Virus record (IMG/VR): IMGVR_UViG_3300036987_000100
Coordinates: 11,664 to 75,663 of that record
Length of the DNA: 64,000 nt
Direction: 5' to 3' (one strand)
Source: a virus
Taxonomy: Duplodnaviria; Caudoviricetes
The notes under the pieces were generated by a model. The model was not told the DNA's origin. It did not search any database and saw only the letters and a list, made by a program, of their open reading frames with translations. Each line of letters starts with the position of its first letter. The first letter of the stretch is position 1. Of this stretch, positions 16,711-27,193 are shown in pieces. The position numbers and the translations under genes were made by a program.

Positions 16711-18115
16711 CAGTAGTAACTCCCGTGCGGTTGCCGTCTTCGTCCACGGTAGCAATGATGCGGTCCTTGGTATCCCCCACGTTTCGAATGACAACAGGGC
16801 CAGCGGGGGCTCCAGAGAGCTTACCTGCAAGGGCTGCCGTGACGATACGCATCGCTTCGCGGAGCGACATCCCGGATTCGAGACTATTCTGCTGGTCCCA
16901 TTCACTGGCACTGCGTGGCTCTGCTGCATTGAGCGTGAAAATATCGGTGGGGTTGCTGTGAATTGCTGTTCCGGCAAGAACAACCACTTGTGTGGTATTC
17001 GCGTCCACCGATACACCGTAGCGGAGGTTATCGTGGATATTGACGTCCACGAGCCGGATGATGCGAGTCGAGTTCGTCGGATTGCCGGGGTCGCCGGTCA
17101 ACTCAATGCCGTCCCTGTTGTTCAAGTAGTAATTCCCTCCAACAACAGTGATTTCTCTCGGACTGCCGGTGGGGAGTCCTGCGTCTTCCGTCTTGAGCGC
17201 CGAGCCGCCCATCTTCTCGGACTCACAACCGTGAAGCTCGTGGTAGTCGCCGCCCCTGAACAAGAACCCGTTTCCGGTCCCGGCCTGTGTACCCACCAAG
17301 TAAAGACGTGTAGCTTCAAAGAACTTACCGTTGGTCACTATACAGTCGTCGGAGGTGCTCCCTACGGGCGCGCGGACGATAAACCCCGACATGGAACAGT
17401 TGTTACCGTTCACCGTTAGTACTGCTCCTTGGTCGGGCGTCGTCGGCTGAAACTGGAATCCACGCCCAGGCCCCCGTAGGTGAACGTCCTCTTTATTGAT
17501 GACAACACGTTCGGTGATCGTCGTAGTCCCAGAGTCCTGTGACACGAGGTAAATCACGTCTCCGCGTCCGCTAACGACGACGTCCAGAGCGTGCGTTAAT
17601 GTGGCGAAAGCCTGCGGTACCGTATCGCCGCTGTTCAAGTCAGACCCATATACTGGGTCTACGTAAAAGGCCGCACCGACACCTTGATGTGTGTGCCTCA
17701 GAGTCTCTACGCCCCACCGTACTTGTTCGACCCCCGCTTCCAGTTCACGAGCATGCACAAGTCCGGCGGAGTTCGCGGTACGGATGGACACAGAGTTAAG
17801 ATTCGTGACGTCCGCGATGTTAGAGTTACCTCCAGCGATATTTACGATGTAAATACCGTCTTCAAATGTAATAGTGTACCCGTTGATGAGTTCGATGACG
17901 CGCGCCAGTGTAACGCCGCCGATGCTGACGGGCGGATTGTGTACGTGCGTCGTTGGGAACGGTATGCCGGCGTCGTCGTCTTCGAGATCCTTAAGGCGAA
18001 GGCGGAGAACGTCTACGTCGAGTTCCCGTATCTCCGACGGGCTAGCTTGTACAAGTACGGTGTCTGCCTTCGGCACGTAGATGACGCGCGTGCCCCAATC
18101 AATCGTAATCGCCAT
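16700..18115 (-). CDS. Virion/tail-associated protein with a pectin-lyase-like beta-helix
   Basis: FYVDPVYGSDLNSG...AFATLTHAL..GRGDVIYL start of a beta-helix; parallel beta-helix repeats. Confidence 0.7.
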   Translation of the reverse strand: MAITIDWGTRVIYVPKADTVLVQASPSEIRELDVDVLRLRLKDLEDDDAGIPFPTTHVHNPPVSIGGVTLARVIELINGYTITFEDGIYIVNIAGGNSNIADVTNLNSVSIRTANSAGLVHARELEAGVEQVRWGVETLRHTHQGVGAAFYVDPVYGSDLNSGDTVPQAFATLTHALDVVVSGRGDVIYLVSQDSGTTTITERVVINKEDVHLRGPGRGFQFQPTTPDQGAVLTVNGNNCSMSGFIVRAPVGSTSDDCIVTNGKFFEATRLYLVGTQAGTGNGFLFRGGDYHELHGCESEKMGGSALKTEDAGLPTGSPREITVVGGNYYLNNRDGIELTGDPGNPTNSTRIIRLVDVNIHDNLRYGVSVDANTTQVVVLAGTAIHSNPTDIFTLNAAEPRSASEWDQQNSLESGMSLREAMRIVTAALAGKLSGAPAGPVVIRNVGDTKDRIIATVDEDGNRTGVTTDVS

Positions 18116-18118
18116 GGA

Positions 18119-18319
18119 TTAGCCCTTCGACGTAGGGCCGGTACCCCGCAATGAAATCCGCTGGACCAGGGCTTGGCGCTCCAGCTCTCCTACGCGGTTA
18201 ACCAGCATGGCGTTAGTTTCGGACATCGCGTTGACCTGCTTTTGCAGCTCGCGATGCGCTGTTTCGAGCGTCTTCAAAACGTCTGCGACCGCCTTCAAGT
18301 TTCGCTCATTCAGATTCAT
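18119..18319 (-). CDS. Small coiled-coil protein
   Basis: 66 aa with a heptad pattern. Confidence 0.55.
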   Translation of the reverse strand: MNLNERNLKAVADVLKTLETAHRELQKQVNAMSETNAMLVNRVGELERQALVQRISLRGTGPTSKG

Positions 18320-18476
18320 CGGACTCTTCCGGTTGGGGAGGCACGGGTGGTGGAGGGATTACCACAGAACTACCTCCGAGGCCAAAACGACGAGGTATCG
18401 GCCTCCGGATTTCACGGTCGCACTGCACACAACCCGGCACCGGGTTGGTCGCGGAATCGTGTGTGGTGTGGTCCAT
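18306..18476 (-). CDS. 56-aa hypothetical protein (CxxC, Pro-rich)
   Basis: MDHTTHDSATNPVPGCVQCDRE..., TGATG coupling to the upstream stop. Confidence 0.45.
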   Translation of the reverse strand: MDHTTHDSATNPVPGCVQCDREIRRPIPRRFGLGGSSVVIPPPPVPPQPEESDESE

Positions 18477-21100
18477 CACTCATCCCGAATCAATTGCACC
18501 GTTAGGCTCAACCCCGCTGTACTACTGATTGTACCGGCCACTGGGGCTGTCTTGTAAAGAACCCCTGTAGGGGCGTAGGGGTTGTCTTCATCGAACGGGC
18601 CGTCGGTGTCCGTAGACCAAGAGCCTGCGCCTGTCGTATTCAGGTTAGTCCCGGTAGCGGCTGTGAGCTTGGTCGTATCGTCCACCAAGGGATACCGGCC
18701 CGTGAGGTTTACCGTGTTAGCCGGGGTGCGCCAGCCATCACGTTCAGCCTCAATCTGCGTCGAGTTGAGTTCCGTGTTCCAGATACGGACTTCCGTGAGA
18801 GAGCCCAGGTGCTGATCGCCGAAGACGTTACCGCCGCCGATGAAGATGTTCGTGATGGCATCAGTATCGTCAACTGATGTAGCTACTTGAGAGGTAATGG
18901 TACCCGCCTGCGCTCCGCCGACGTACCCAGTAAGCTGGCGCGTTGCCCCGGACTGCGTCATGGCAAAAAAGTACCAAGTATCCAAGGACACCGTTGCAAT
19001 GGATGAGGACGAGCCGAGGTTCGACCCCACCCGGACCTCGCCGCTGGTGTTGACGAAGATGGTATTGTACGCGTTGGCAGCGGTAGTCGGCGTGAGAAGT
19101 AAACTCTGCGCCGCATTACTGCTCCGTTTGAACCAGCCACAAATCGTGTAAGCCGTCTTCAGGTTTGTAGGGACGTCGGTCTGTTGTGTGAGCTTGTCCG
19201 TGTTGGTGTCGAAGTCACCGAGCGCCGTCGTCTCAATTGGTGACGGAGGCGGGGGAGCACTGGCGCGACGAACGCGGCCTACAACAGGCTGCGCTGAGGC
19301 CCACGAACGTGTTTCGTCGAGAAGCCCGGCCGCACTCGTTAACCCTTGAAGTACCACACCAGTAGCGAGAATGGTCCCTGTAGCGGGTGTCGCAGGGGCT
19401 CCGGTAACTATGTAGCTGTAGCTGTTGGCATTGATGTAGGTAGTCGTAAAGACGCCGTTGTACTCCGGCTGGTTGGCTCCCTTAATCATCACCTTCGTAC
19501 CATCAGGGATGCCGTGAGCGGTGTGCGAAACAGTTGCTACAGAGCTTGCCCTGGTAATTGTCACGGACTCGTTCGACGGTAGCGGTCCCGTGTTGTCCGA
19601 CGCATAAAGAAGGACTCTGGCATTCTCTATGGGCTCGCTATTAACGATGTCCCGCACCGTGATAGCGGTAGTGACTGGGTCGATTACCAGTGTAGTGGAG
19701 GATCCGCCGCCGATGTCCTCGTACGTCGGCGTAGTGCTATCTACCACGTTAATGGTGATGGCCCCGCCAGACTCGTTCCGCACGTCGAAAGTGTTACTGC
19801 CGAAGGTGAGGCTAGTGAATGCGAACGGTGATCCTGTGGCGCTTTCGAACACAATGGCCCGGCTGTTGTTAACGAAGAGGCACTCTTGGAGGTTTGTAGT
19901 GCTCTCCCAGAGGTAGGCTCCGTCGTCCACAGCGGCGACGCTGTTGAGAATGTTGCAAGTACGCATCTCCATATTGGAGCGCAGCCGACCACAGCCGTCG
20001 AAGGTACACGCAAACAGGTCGTCGTCGTCGATCCCCGTTCCGTAGAGATCCACGCCACCCTCAAACCCTACGAAGCTGCTGGCGTAGAGACTCAACGCCA
20101 TCGTCGCGTCGCTCGCAGCCACCCCTGCTAGTGAGCGACCTGGTGTTGTGAGGTCCGGGTTGCTCGCACAGATGAACAGCGAGCCCGAGCGCCCCGAGTT
20201 AGACCCGGCGAGTACCCCGAAATCGATAGCAGTAGTACCGGTGCCGCCCTGGACGGCAACTCCATTGTACGTCGTGAGGCCGTCTGCACCTGCCGTAGCC
20301 CCTACCGACGCATCGGGGATAGCCTTCACCTTAGAGGCCGCCGCGTTGCGGTAGAATGGGGTCTCCCACACCACCGTCTCACCCCGGCTACTGAAGGCTG
20401 TGTTGGAGGTGGCGTGCCCAAGGATGATTTTCCCTTTGACGTAGTACACACCAGCACGCACGGTGATAATGCCCCAGCGGTTGGTGCGCGCCGAATCGTA
20501 AGCAACGGCAGCGATTTCCTTGAAGCCCTCGCCAGTCGCTGTGTTGGTGCCAGAGACGTAAATCTCCCCGCGACCGTAGGAGATTTGATCGATGCCAAAG
20601 TTCTGACCCTTCGCGTTGGCGGTCGTCTTAATGGTGCCGCCGAAGTACTGTACCGAGGCAGCATTGTAAGTACCCGTGTCCGCTGTACCTGCGCTCTGGG
20701 GATCGATGACGTAACAGACCCAACCATCCGTTGCGACGACGGTATCATTCCCGCCGACAATCCAAGTCCGGTAGTTCGTGGTATTCGTCCCCAGCCAGAC
20801 CTTTACGCCGCCGTTCGCGAGCGTATCCGTGAGGCCGGGGGTCGTCACGTACATCCAGATGTAGACCAGCTTGTCCTGGTGCGTGCCAGTCGTGAAGTTG
20901 ATGCCGGTCCCGTTATTGAACCACATCCCCTTCTCTGTGGCCGCACCGGACACACCACGAGAGATGCTGTTGGAGCCTTGGACGTAGTAGTCGGGCTCCA
21001 ACGCCATCGCGCCCGCGCCACCAGCGCCGATGCTCACCCAGTTGGTGAGCACTTCGGCGGTGGAAAGCACCGTCAAGTCTGTGGTGACGGTGAGCGGCAC
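18476..21100 (-). CDS. Large virion structural/fibre protein with C-terminal LamG (concanavalin-like) domain
   Basis: 874 aa, Thr/Gly-rich; YTICGWFK...WYFFAMT...LTEVRIWNTELNSTQI. Confidence 0.75.
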   Translation of the reverse strand: MPLTVTTDLTVLSTAEVLTNWVSIGAGGAGAMALEPDYYVQGSNSISRGVSGAATEKGMWFNNGTGINFTTGTHQDKLVYIWMYVTTPGLTDTLANGGVKVWLGTNTTNYRTWIVGGNDTVVATDGWVCYVIDPQSAGTADTGTYNAASVQYFGGTIKTTANAKGQNFGIDQISYGRGEIYVSGTNTATGEGFKEIAAVAYDSARTNRWGIITVRAGVYYVKGKIILGHATSNTAFSSRGETVVWETPFYRNAAASKVKAIPDASVGATAGADGLTTYNGVAVQGGTGTTAIDFGVLAGSNSGRSGSLFICASNPDLTTPGRSLAGVAASDATMALSLYASSFVGFEGGVDLYGTGIDDDDLFACTFDGCGRLRSNMEMRTCNILNSVAAVDDGAYLWESTTNLQECLFVNNSRAIVFESATGSPFAFTSLTFGSNTFDVRNESGGAITINVVDSTTPTYEDIGGGSSTTLVIDPVTTAITVRDIVNSEPIENARVLLYASDNTGPLPSNESVTITRASSVATVSHTAHGIPDGTKVMIKGANQPEYNGVFTTTYINANSYSYIVTGAPATPATGTILATGVVLQGLTSAAGLLDETRSWASAQPVVGRVRRASAPPPPSPIETTALGDFDTNTDKLTQQTDVPTNLKTAYTICGWFKRSSNAAQSLLLTPTTAANAYNTIFVNTSGEVRVGSNLGSSSSIATVSLDTWYFFAMTQSGATRQLTGYVGGAQAGTITSQVATSVDDTDAITNIFIGGGNVFGDQHLGSLTEVRIWNTELNSTQIEAERDGWRTPANTVNLTGRYPLVDDTTKLTAATGTNLNTTGAGSWSTDTDGPFDEDNPYAPTGVLYKTAPVAGTISSTAGLSLTVQLIRDE

Positions 21101-21109
21101 CGTGTATCC

Positions 21110-23230
21110 TTACGCGTCCGTAGTACGAATCGCTGTAGCCGAACCGCCTGCCGAACCGATGGTACCAGTGGTCTCGAAGGTCTTGATGGGCGACCCACCA
21201 CCGTCGCGGACGCGCACGAAGAGTGAGCGATCCGACAAGTACACGACCGTGAAGCTCTCGGAGGTAGCTCCGGCGAGCTTGTCGATATAGCTGATGAACG
21301 TGTTGTTTCCCGCCGTAGCAAAGTCGCCAGAGAAGTCCGTGGCCCCGATGGTGAACGTACTGCCGGTGTAGCTGGAGTACGCCACGCGCCTGTAGATGCC
21401 GCTGTCCAGCTCTACCCGGATTGTACCAGACGCAGGGGTATCGCTGGGGATAGCAGTGGTAACGACTACCGCTGTCTCAGCGACGCCGTCCAAAGTGACG
21501 TCAAGCGCGAACTGATTGAGTTGTAGGAAGCCGCCAGACTCTGGACCCACCAGCACGCGGTCCTCGCCGTTCACTAGTCCAGCCACGGTAAAGGTGACGT
21601 TGTTGGGAGGGGTACGCTGAGTGTTTGTTAGGTCGAACAGCTTGTCGCTCGCCGTGAGATCCGCGTACTCGACACCTACGCCGTAGGCGCCGATGATGGC
21701 TGAGCCTGTGGAAGCGCCAAGGAACGGGTAGGACAAGCCGCGCTCAAGAGGCGCGCCAGTAGTAGTCCCTGTCGCGCTCGACGTCACGCCTGTAATCAGC
21801 GTTCCCGTCGTAGGCGCCACACCAGTCAACACCTGAATCCACATCTTTGTGGATGTAGCTGGCACATCGACGGCCAGGAGCGCGCCCGTGCCGCCCGGCC
21901 AAGAGACTCGTTCGACGGCGTCGAACGTGCCTGAGCGCGGCGTCGTCATCGTCAGTTCATGCGTAGGGCCACGGAACAGTTCGCCAGGGACGGTGTACAG
22001 CATGTGTGACGTCTCAACCGAGAAGTTGAGATCATCGCCCGCTGTCGCAGCCCAGCTACCGGTGTCCTCTGAGCGGTTACCTGCGTGGGTGCCTGACGCA
22101 GCAAGGCCGCGTACGTGAACGTAATTCGAACCGTCGTTAACGGCGGGCTCTACCGCTAGCACGTAGTTAGTAGTGGCCGACAACGTAACAGGCGTCGGGA
22201 AGTGGAACTCAATCGTCTGGTATGACGTAGTCAGCGACGTCATTGACACGTTGCTGCTCGTGGCCAGGGCTGCGCCCGTCGGTACTGAGGACGTACCAAA
22301 CGTTCCCGAGTGGGCGTAGAGCTTAGCAACCACGTTGCCCGTGGGGGCACCGACGACTTTGAGCTGGAAGAAGGCACGGGCCAACGTCTGGGCGTTTGAG
22401 CCAACGTCGAAGGACTGCGCTTGTGCAACGATGGTACCGTTACCGGCGATGAAGTTGCTCCCGGTGTCCGAGCAAAAAGACTCAACCGTGCCGCGACGAG
22501 ACAGGTACTTCGCGCGCTCATACAGTTGGTTGATGGTAAGAGCGGCGCGATTCCACTCCGAGTAGTACGGCTCGGGCGTGGTGTCGTTGTTTACGTCGAT
22601 GAGCCGGTAGCCTTCCTGATTTGTAATCGACGTCCAGCCCTTGATTACGCTCTCCGCCGTGGCGTTGTTGAGGTCATCAGAGAACTGGAGGGCGAGAACG
22701 TTGTTACCGCGAGACGTACCGTTGATGCGGAACTCGCTGAACGTCTTCCCTACTTCACGTGTCTGCCCGAGGATACGTCGACCGTCGATGTCTGCGGCGG
22801 AGGCACGCACCTTAACCATGAAACGGTGCTGAATACCTTGCGCGGTATCCGAGTTGTAGCCATCGGTCCAGAAGTTGGGCGAGAGGATCTGCCCGTTCTG
22901 GACGATTTGAAGAAAGGTGTTGGGCGGAGCGAAGCAGACGATACCGTCGTAGATGGTATCACCGCCATCTTGGACGATGGAGCCGTCGTACAGAAAGCGC
23001 GCGGCGTAGTCGTTGATGTTGTACGGCGTGTTCAGGGTAATAAGGTTGTCCGTGGCGCGCTCAGAGGCCGTGGCATCCGTGATATCGAGGATGTCGTTGC
23101 CGCTTGCCTGGGCGTCGTCCATCAGGTCGCCAAGCCAACGGTGGAACGCAATTACCGTATGCGTGTCTCCGGTGCCCACGTACCGAATATCGCCACTCGC
23201 CGAAATGCTGAAGTCGTCGCCGATTGCCAT
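21110..23230 (-). CDS. Large virion structural protein
   Basis: 706 aa, beta-rich, in the fibre cluster. Confidence 0.7.
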   Translation of the reverse strand: MAIGDDFSISASGDIRYVGTGDTHTVIAFHRWLGDLMDDAQASGNDILDITDATASERATDNLITLNTPYNINDYAARFLYDGSIVQDGGDTIYDGIVCFAPPNTFLQIVQNGQILSPNFWTDGYNSDTAQGIQHRFMVKVRASAADIDGRRILGQTREVGKTFSEFRINGTSRGNNVLALQFSDDLNNATAESVIKGWTSITNQEGYRLIDVNNDTTPEPYYSEWNRAALTINQLYERAKYLSRRGTVESFCSDTGSNFIAGNGTIVAQAQSFDVGSNAQTLARAFFQLKVVGAPTGNVVAKLYAHSGTFGTSSVPTGAALATSSNVSMTSLTTSYQTIEFHFPTPVTLSATTNYVLAVEPAVNDGSNYVHVRGLAASGTHAGNRSEDTGSWAATAGDDLNFSVETSHMLYTVPGELFRGPTHELTMTTPRSGTFDAVERVSWPGGTGALLAVDVPATSTKMWIQVLTGVAPTTGTLITGVTSSATGTTTGAPLERGLSYPFLGASTGSAIIGAYGVGVEYADLTASDKLFDLTNTQRTPPNNVTFTVAGLVNGEDRVLVGPESGGFLQLNQFALDVTLDGVAETAVVVTTAIPSDTPASGTIRVELDSGIYRRVAYSSYTGSTFTIGATDFSGDFATAGNNTFISYIDKLAGATSESFTVVYLSDRSLFVRVRDGGGSPIKTFETTGTIGSAGGSATAIRTTDA

Positions 23231-23362
23231 GGTCTACTCCTCGTTAATCCAAAGCTTGTTGATAGTGACTTGTGGCGGATAGTCGCTGTCCGCTGATTAT
23301 GGCTCGGGATGTTAGTAGTAATCCCAGCTAAGCGCGACAATTTAGTATGAATTCTGTGTCCG

Positions 23363-23737
23363 CTAGACAGCGTCGTCGTCCCAATAGGTAACAAACCCGA
23401 CGACTCCAATGTTACCCGAAAGGTGTAACACTAACGAATTTCCTGGGCTGGTACCCAGGGCGAAGGTAGCTGCGGGTACCGCCACCGTCAGCCCTTCCCT
23501 GGCCCTAAACGAGAAGGCTCCCGTCAAGTCCGTGGCGGTTCCGTCTTTCCACTTAACTGCCACGTTACCGAGAGCCTGTATTACAAAAGCCGAGACTTTC
23601 AGTCTTGCTCCGAGAACTGCGGCCACGATTTCATTATCCCCGGCAGTTGAGCAGTTTATAACTGCGGTTTTGATGACCTTCCCAGAGGTCACCTCCACCG
23701 AGTTAGTCACACTGACTTCTCCTACCACGAATGGCAT
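23363..23737 (-). CDS. Hypothetical structural protein
   Basis: 124 aa, beta-rich. Confidence 0.6.
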   Translation of the reverse strand: MPFVVGEVSVTNSVEVTSGKVIKTAVINCSTAGDNEIVAAVLGARLKVSAFVIQALGNVAVKWKDGTATDLTGAFSFRAREGLTVAVPAATFALGTSPGNSLVLHLSGNIGVVGFVTYWDDDAV

Positions 23738-24481
23738 TTAGATGGTCCTCACGTAGGCGGCACCCGTCACCTCGCCGCCAGTGCGAGCGTAAGTCACCAC
23801 GAGCTGTGCAACAACCACCAACCCATCCGGCCCGTAAACACTTCGAGTTTCTGAGGCAACCAAATCCCCGACCCTGAAATAGGCTATCGTTTTGACTAAG
23901 TTGCCTGTAGCCACGCTGGTCCAGCTTTCGTTAGTTACGAGCCCCCCAACCCGGGTGATTGTGTAGTTATGGTCTGAATCGGCGGGCTCACAGTCCAGCA
24001 GGAAGTCGGCTACAGAGACATAGTCTCCGATGGGGGCTACTGCCGTTGGCTCCAATCCGAAGCCCGCGCGCAGCAGTAGCCGAGCGGAATCCAAGCCCAA
24101 CCCGATTACTTGCTTCACTGCGGGCGAGGCAGGAGCTACGGGCGAGGGGTAAGAGTCCGTTCCGACATAGTACCAAACGCCTGCGGTGACTGGTGTAAAT
24201 GACAGTATTTGTCCAGTCACTTGCACCAAGCAGGTAGTTGCGGTTGGCTTTTGTACGATGACGCCTACTGCGGGCATCCGAAGCTCGTCCAAGGGTTCCG
24301 CACGTGTTACGTCTGGAACCCCCAAGGTATTACCGGTGACCCGGACGAAGTGATTAATCTCGTCGGAAGTCAAGCAGTTAGCCTCGAAGTACCGTCCTTC
24401 CGCGTATGCAGCCTCCGACTCCTGAACGTCTACCGTTCCGAGTCTTCGAATCTGCGACTGCCGTAAGAGGCTTCGTGGCAT
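23738..24481 (-). CDS. Hypothetical structural protein
   Basis: 247 aa; AVGVI..K......V...G..........G..YYV pattern seen in phage decoration/fibre proteins. Confidence 0.6.
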   Translation of the reverse strand: MPRSLLRQSQIRRLGTVDVQESEAAYAEGRYFEANCLTSDEINHFVRVTGNTLGVPDVTRAEPLDELRMPAVGVIVQKPTATTCLVQVTGQILSFTPVTAGVWYYVGTDSYPSPVAPASPAVKQVIGLGLDSARLLLRAGFGLEPTAVAPIGDYVSVADFLLDCEPADSDHNYTITRVGGLVTNESWTSVATGNLVKTIAYFRVGDLVASETRSVYGPDGLVVVAQLVVTYARTGGEVTGAAYVRTI

Positions 24482-24496
24482 GAGAGCGCTTTGGCT

Positions 24497-27193
24497 TTAG
24501 CGGACGGTTACTGTTTCCGTGGTAATCGTAACCTGGCCCTTTGTAATAATTTCGTCTGTGTTGATTATGAGGTTTCCGTTGGGGTTGACGCTGCCCACTC
24601 CAGTATCTAGCCGATTCTGCGGACCCATAATTTGTATGTTCGCGAAGACCACCCCGGCCAACGGCGCCACTACCGCCTGTAGGTCAGACAAGTACAAGTC
24701 GTCCCCGAATAACCGCCCGCGAAGTACGCTGTCGATGGCGGATTCCACCGAAGTCTTCGTAATAGACTCCGAAAAGCTTGGGTTTACACCGACGCGAACC
24801 CGTATTACCGCAGGCACCAGTGCATTCGCTCCGGAAGTCACCTGCACGGTCTGGGTTACTTCCTTTCTGGCGTTCAAGTAACCCTGAAGCGCGTGAATGA
24901 GTCCGTTTGATGGTGCCGTGAAGAACCCGGCCTTGTCCTTTGCCAAGATGGGGACCGTCACGAGGTTGGCCTTGCAGTCCGCAGAAAGCAAAGCGTCCAC
25001 GTGGTCGTAGATTTGGTCCAGCGCCTCTTGAATTGTCGCCTTGTTTGAAAGTACCGACGCATCCATGTTGGCAAGGCTGGTTGCCACGTCGTCCAAGAAA
25101 GACAAGGAATCGAAGGCGTCCAGGACTACCGCAGGCCCGATGCGATTCCGTATGGTATTGGCATACGTATTGAGTTCTTCCATACGCCCCATGGCCACGG
25201 TCGTCCCAATATCCGCGACCTGCTGCCTTGTGGGGTCTAGCGTAGCGGTGACGATGGCCTCCAGTCCGCTAACTACTCCCGAGGCGGTTGTACTGGCGGC
25301 ACCTACCTTATCTGCAGCGGTATCGAGTGTTGCGAGTAGGTCGGTTCGGGTGCTGGCTGGCACATAAACCGGGATGGTTGCCGCCAGTGCGGGCACTACC
25401 GGTCCCGCGCCGTCCCCCGTGTACGCGGCCAAGACCATGGTTGACGCTTGCGCGTGTGCATTAACTGCTTCCGCTACCTGCCGCGCAGTGGTGACGCCGG
25501 TATTTACGCTCACGGTGATGAGGCTCCCTGTCACCGCGACAGCGAGTGCAACGTCTGCGGAGTGGAGCACCATAAGGGGCGCGAGTGTCGGTGCGACCTT
25601 CGGCGCGTACACTACGCTGAAGTTTCCACCAGTCCCGACTTGTGTGGGTGAGGTTGCAAACGCAGTCACGGTGACTTGAGCTGCGTTGGTGCTAACCAAC
25701 GCCGAGTCTACATCTAACTTGGCGGAGTTTGCCTGGCTCCTTTGCGTGCGCACTTCTGCCGTTGCTGTTACCAGGCTCGCGTCTACGTCCGCGACCTCGC
25801 TAGCCGTCTCAGAAATTTCAGCAACCAAGTCCTCAAGCTGCTCGCTGACGTCCCGTAGGGAGGACCTCGCCCTCGCCATGTCCTTGCCGTAGCGAACAAT
25901 CGTCCCTACCGGTATTGCCACCAAGGGGATGGGCGTAACCGTACACTGCAAATCGTCCGTCAGGGCAGTTACACGGTAGGCACCGGGGTCCACCCCGAAC
26001 TTCACGATGCTACCCACCACCAGGTCCGACAGGAACTTGGTACCCGCCCCTGTCACTACCCCGGTTCCCGAGGCTACGCTCGCCGTGCCATTCAGCGTAA
26101 AGGGCCCCGCAGTAGTAAGTAGGGGGGCGTCTGCCGCCCCCTCGATGATGGCGATGTTCGTGTTCAGATGCGCATCGGCATCCGCAGAGCGGCTGGAGAC
26201 GGCCTGAGCCACGGCCACGCGCCCAAAGAGCGGGTCCGCAAAGGAGCCGGAAAGCGCCTCGTAGTCAGGCCGAGTCACCGCAACAAAGCGGGACTTGTAG
26301 ACTAACGGAGCGAATGCCTTGGCATGACTTAGCGTTTCCGGATTGTCGCCTCCCACTGATCCAAGAGGGTTATCCACAGTCATCGCCACGGGCTGGAACG
26401 CCACCACAAGCGGGTTTTTCTCAGCAGTAATAGTATGGCTGTTGACGAGCCCACTGAGGCCGCGTGAAGCGACGTACGTCACCACAATGGTGGCGCCAGC
26501 CATGGGGATGTTCCCCGCTATCCCATCGCCAAAGCGCACAGTCGGGGGGTCGTCGTTGTACCCCAGCTCAAACTGGTTGGTAGCGTCAAAAGACAGAAAC
26601 TCACTCTCGACGAAGGGGGTACCATTCACCACTACCGTCACCGAGCCAGATACGCAGAAGCTCTGGTCTGGTACCTGCCTGAGCTGAAAGACCTGGTTCG
26701 CGGAGCCATCAGAGACAAAATTCTCTACGACAGTTACCCCCTCGTAGCAGGCTACGGATTTCGTTCTAATGGAGTCCGTGGCCAGCCAGGTCACGGGCTG
26801 CGCACACTCGTAAATCAAGCCGTCTGGACCCGAGAACTGGAAGCCCTTGGGCATGGGCACGTTGAAACCGGGGCTGGCTATGGTGATGGAAAGATCCACC
26901 GACGAAGCCACTGCTGCCCGCATTTTGTAACCGAGCTGCCGAGTAAGTCGCGCGACAGACTTCCTGGTCCTTGCGGTCGACAGGTAGTTGTCTGTAGCAC
27001 GTCTGTCCAAATAGAAGGAGAGCGTAGAAAGGCCAAACGCGACAGAGTCCAACAGCATCATGCCCAAGGCAGAGGCTGCGAAGTCCGAATACTCCAATGC
27101 GTACTTTACTTGTACGCGAGCACGTAAATCATCTAAGTGAGTATTGAAATCCATCCCACTTAGCTGCGCCCTTACTAGATCTGCTGAACTCAT
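24497..27193 (-). CDS. Baseplate wedge protein (T4 gp6 / P2 gpJ-like) with a long insertion
   Basis: DF..SALGMMLLD...LSFYLD....NYLSTARTRKSV.RL..QLGY; GG.NPETL; AVTRPDYE. Confidence 0.85.
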   Translation of the reverse strand: MSSADLVRAQLSGMDFNTHLDDLRARVQVKYALEYSDFAASALGMMLLDSVAFGLSTLSFYLDRRATDNYLSTARTRKSVARLTRQLGYKMRAAVASSVDLSITIASPGFNVPMPKGFQFSGPDGLIYECAQPVTWLATDSIRTKSVACYEGVTVVENFVSDGSANQVFQLRQVPDQSFCVSGSVTVVVNGTPFVESEFLSFDATNQFELGYNDDPPTVRFGDGIAGNIPMAGATIVVTYVASRGLSGLVNSHTITAEKNPLVVAFQPVAMTVDNPLGSVGGDNPETLSHAKAFAPLVYKSRFVAVTRPDYEALSGSFADPLFGRVAVAQAVSSRSADADAHLNTNIAIIEGAADAPLLTTAGPFTLNGTASVASGTGVVTGAGTKFLSDLVVGSIVKFGVDPGAYRVTALTDDLQCTVTPIPLVAIPVGTIVRYGKDMARARSSLRDVSEQLEDLVAEISETASEVADVDASLVTATAEVRTQRSQANSAKLDVDSALVSTNAAQVTVTAFATSPTQVGTGGNFSVVYAPKVAPTLAPLMVLHSADVALAVAVTGSLITVSVNTGVTTARQVAEAVNAHAQASTMVLAAYTGDGAGPVVPALAATIPVYVPASTRTDLLATLDTAADKVGAASTTASGVVSGLEAIVTATLDPTRQQVADIGTTVAMGRMEELNTYANTIRNRIGPAVVLDAFDSLSFLDDVATSLANMDASVLSNKATIQEALDQIYDHVDALLSADCKANLVTVPILAKDKAGFFTAPSNGLIHALQGYLNARKEVTQTVQVTSGANALVPAVIRVRVGVNPSFSESITKTSVESAIDSVLRGRLFGDDLYLSDLQAVVAPLAGVVFANIQIMGPQNRLDTGVGSVNPNGNLIINTDEIITKGQVTITTETVTVR

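Noticed and set aside
24993-25008. GCGTCCACGTGGTCGT as a tenth palindrome copy
   Set aside because: It has two mismatches and lies inside a CDS; possible weak site but not counted
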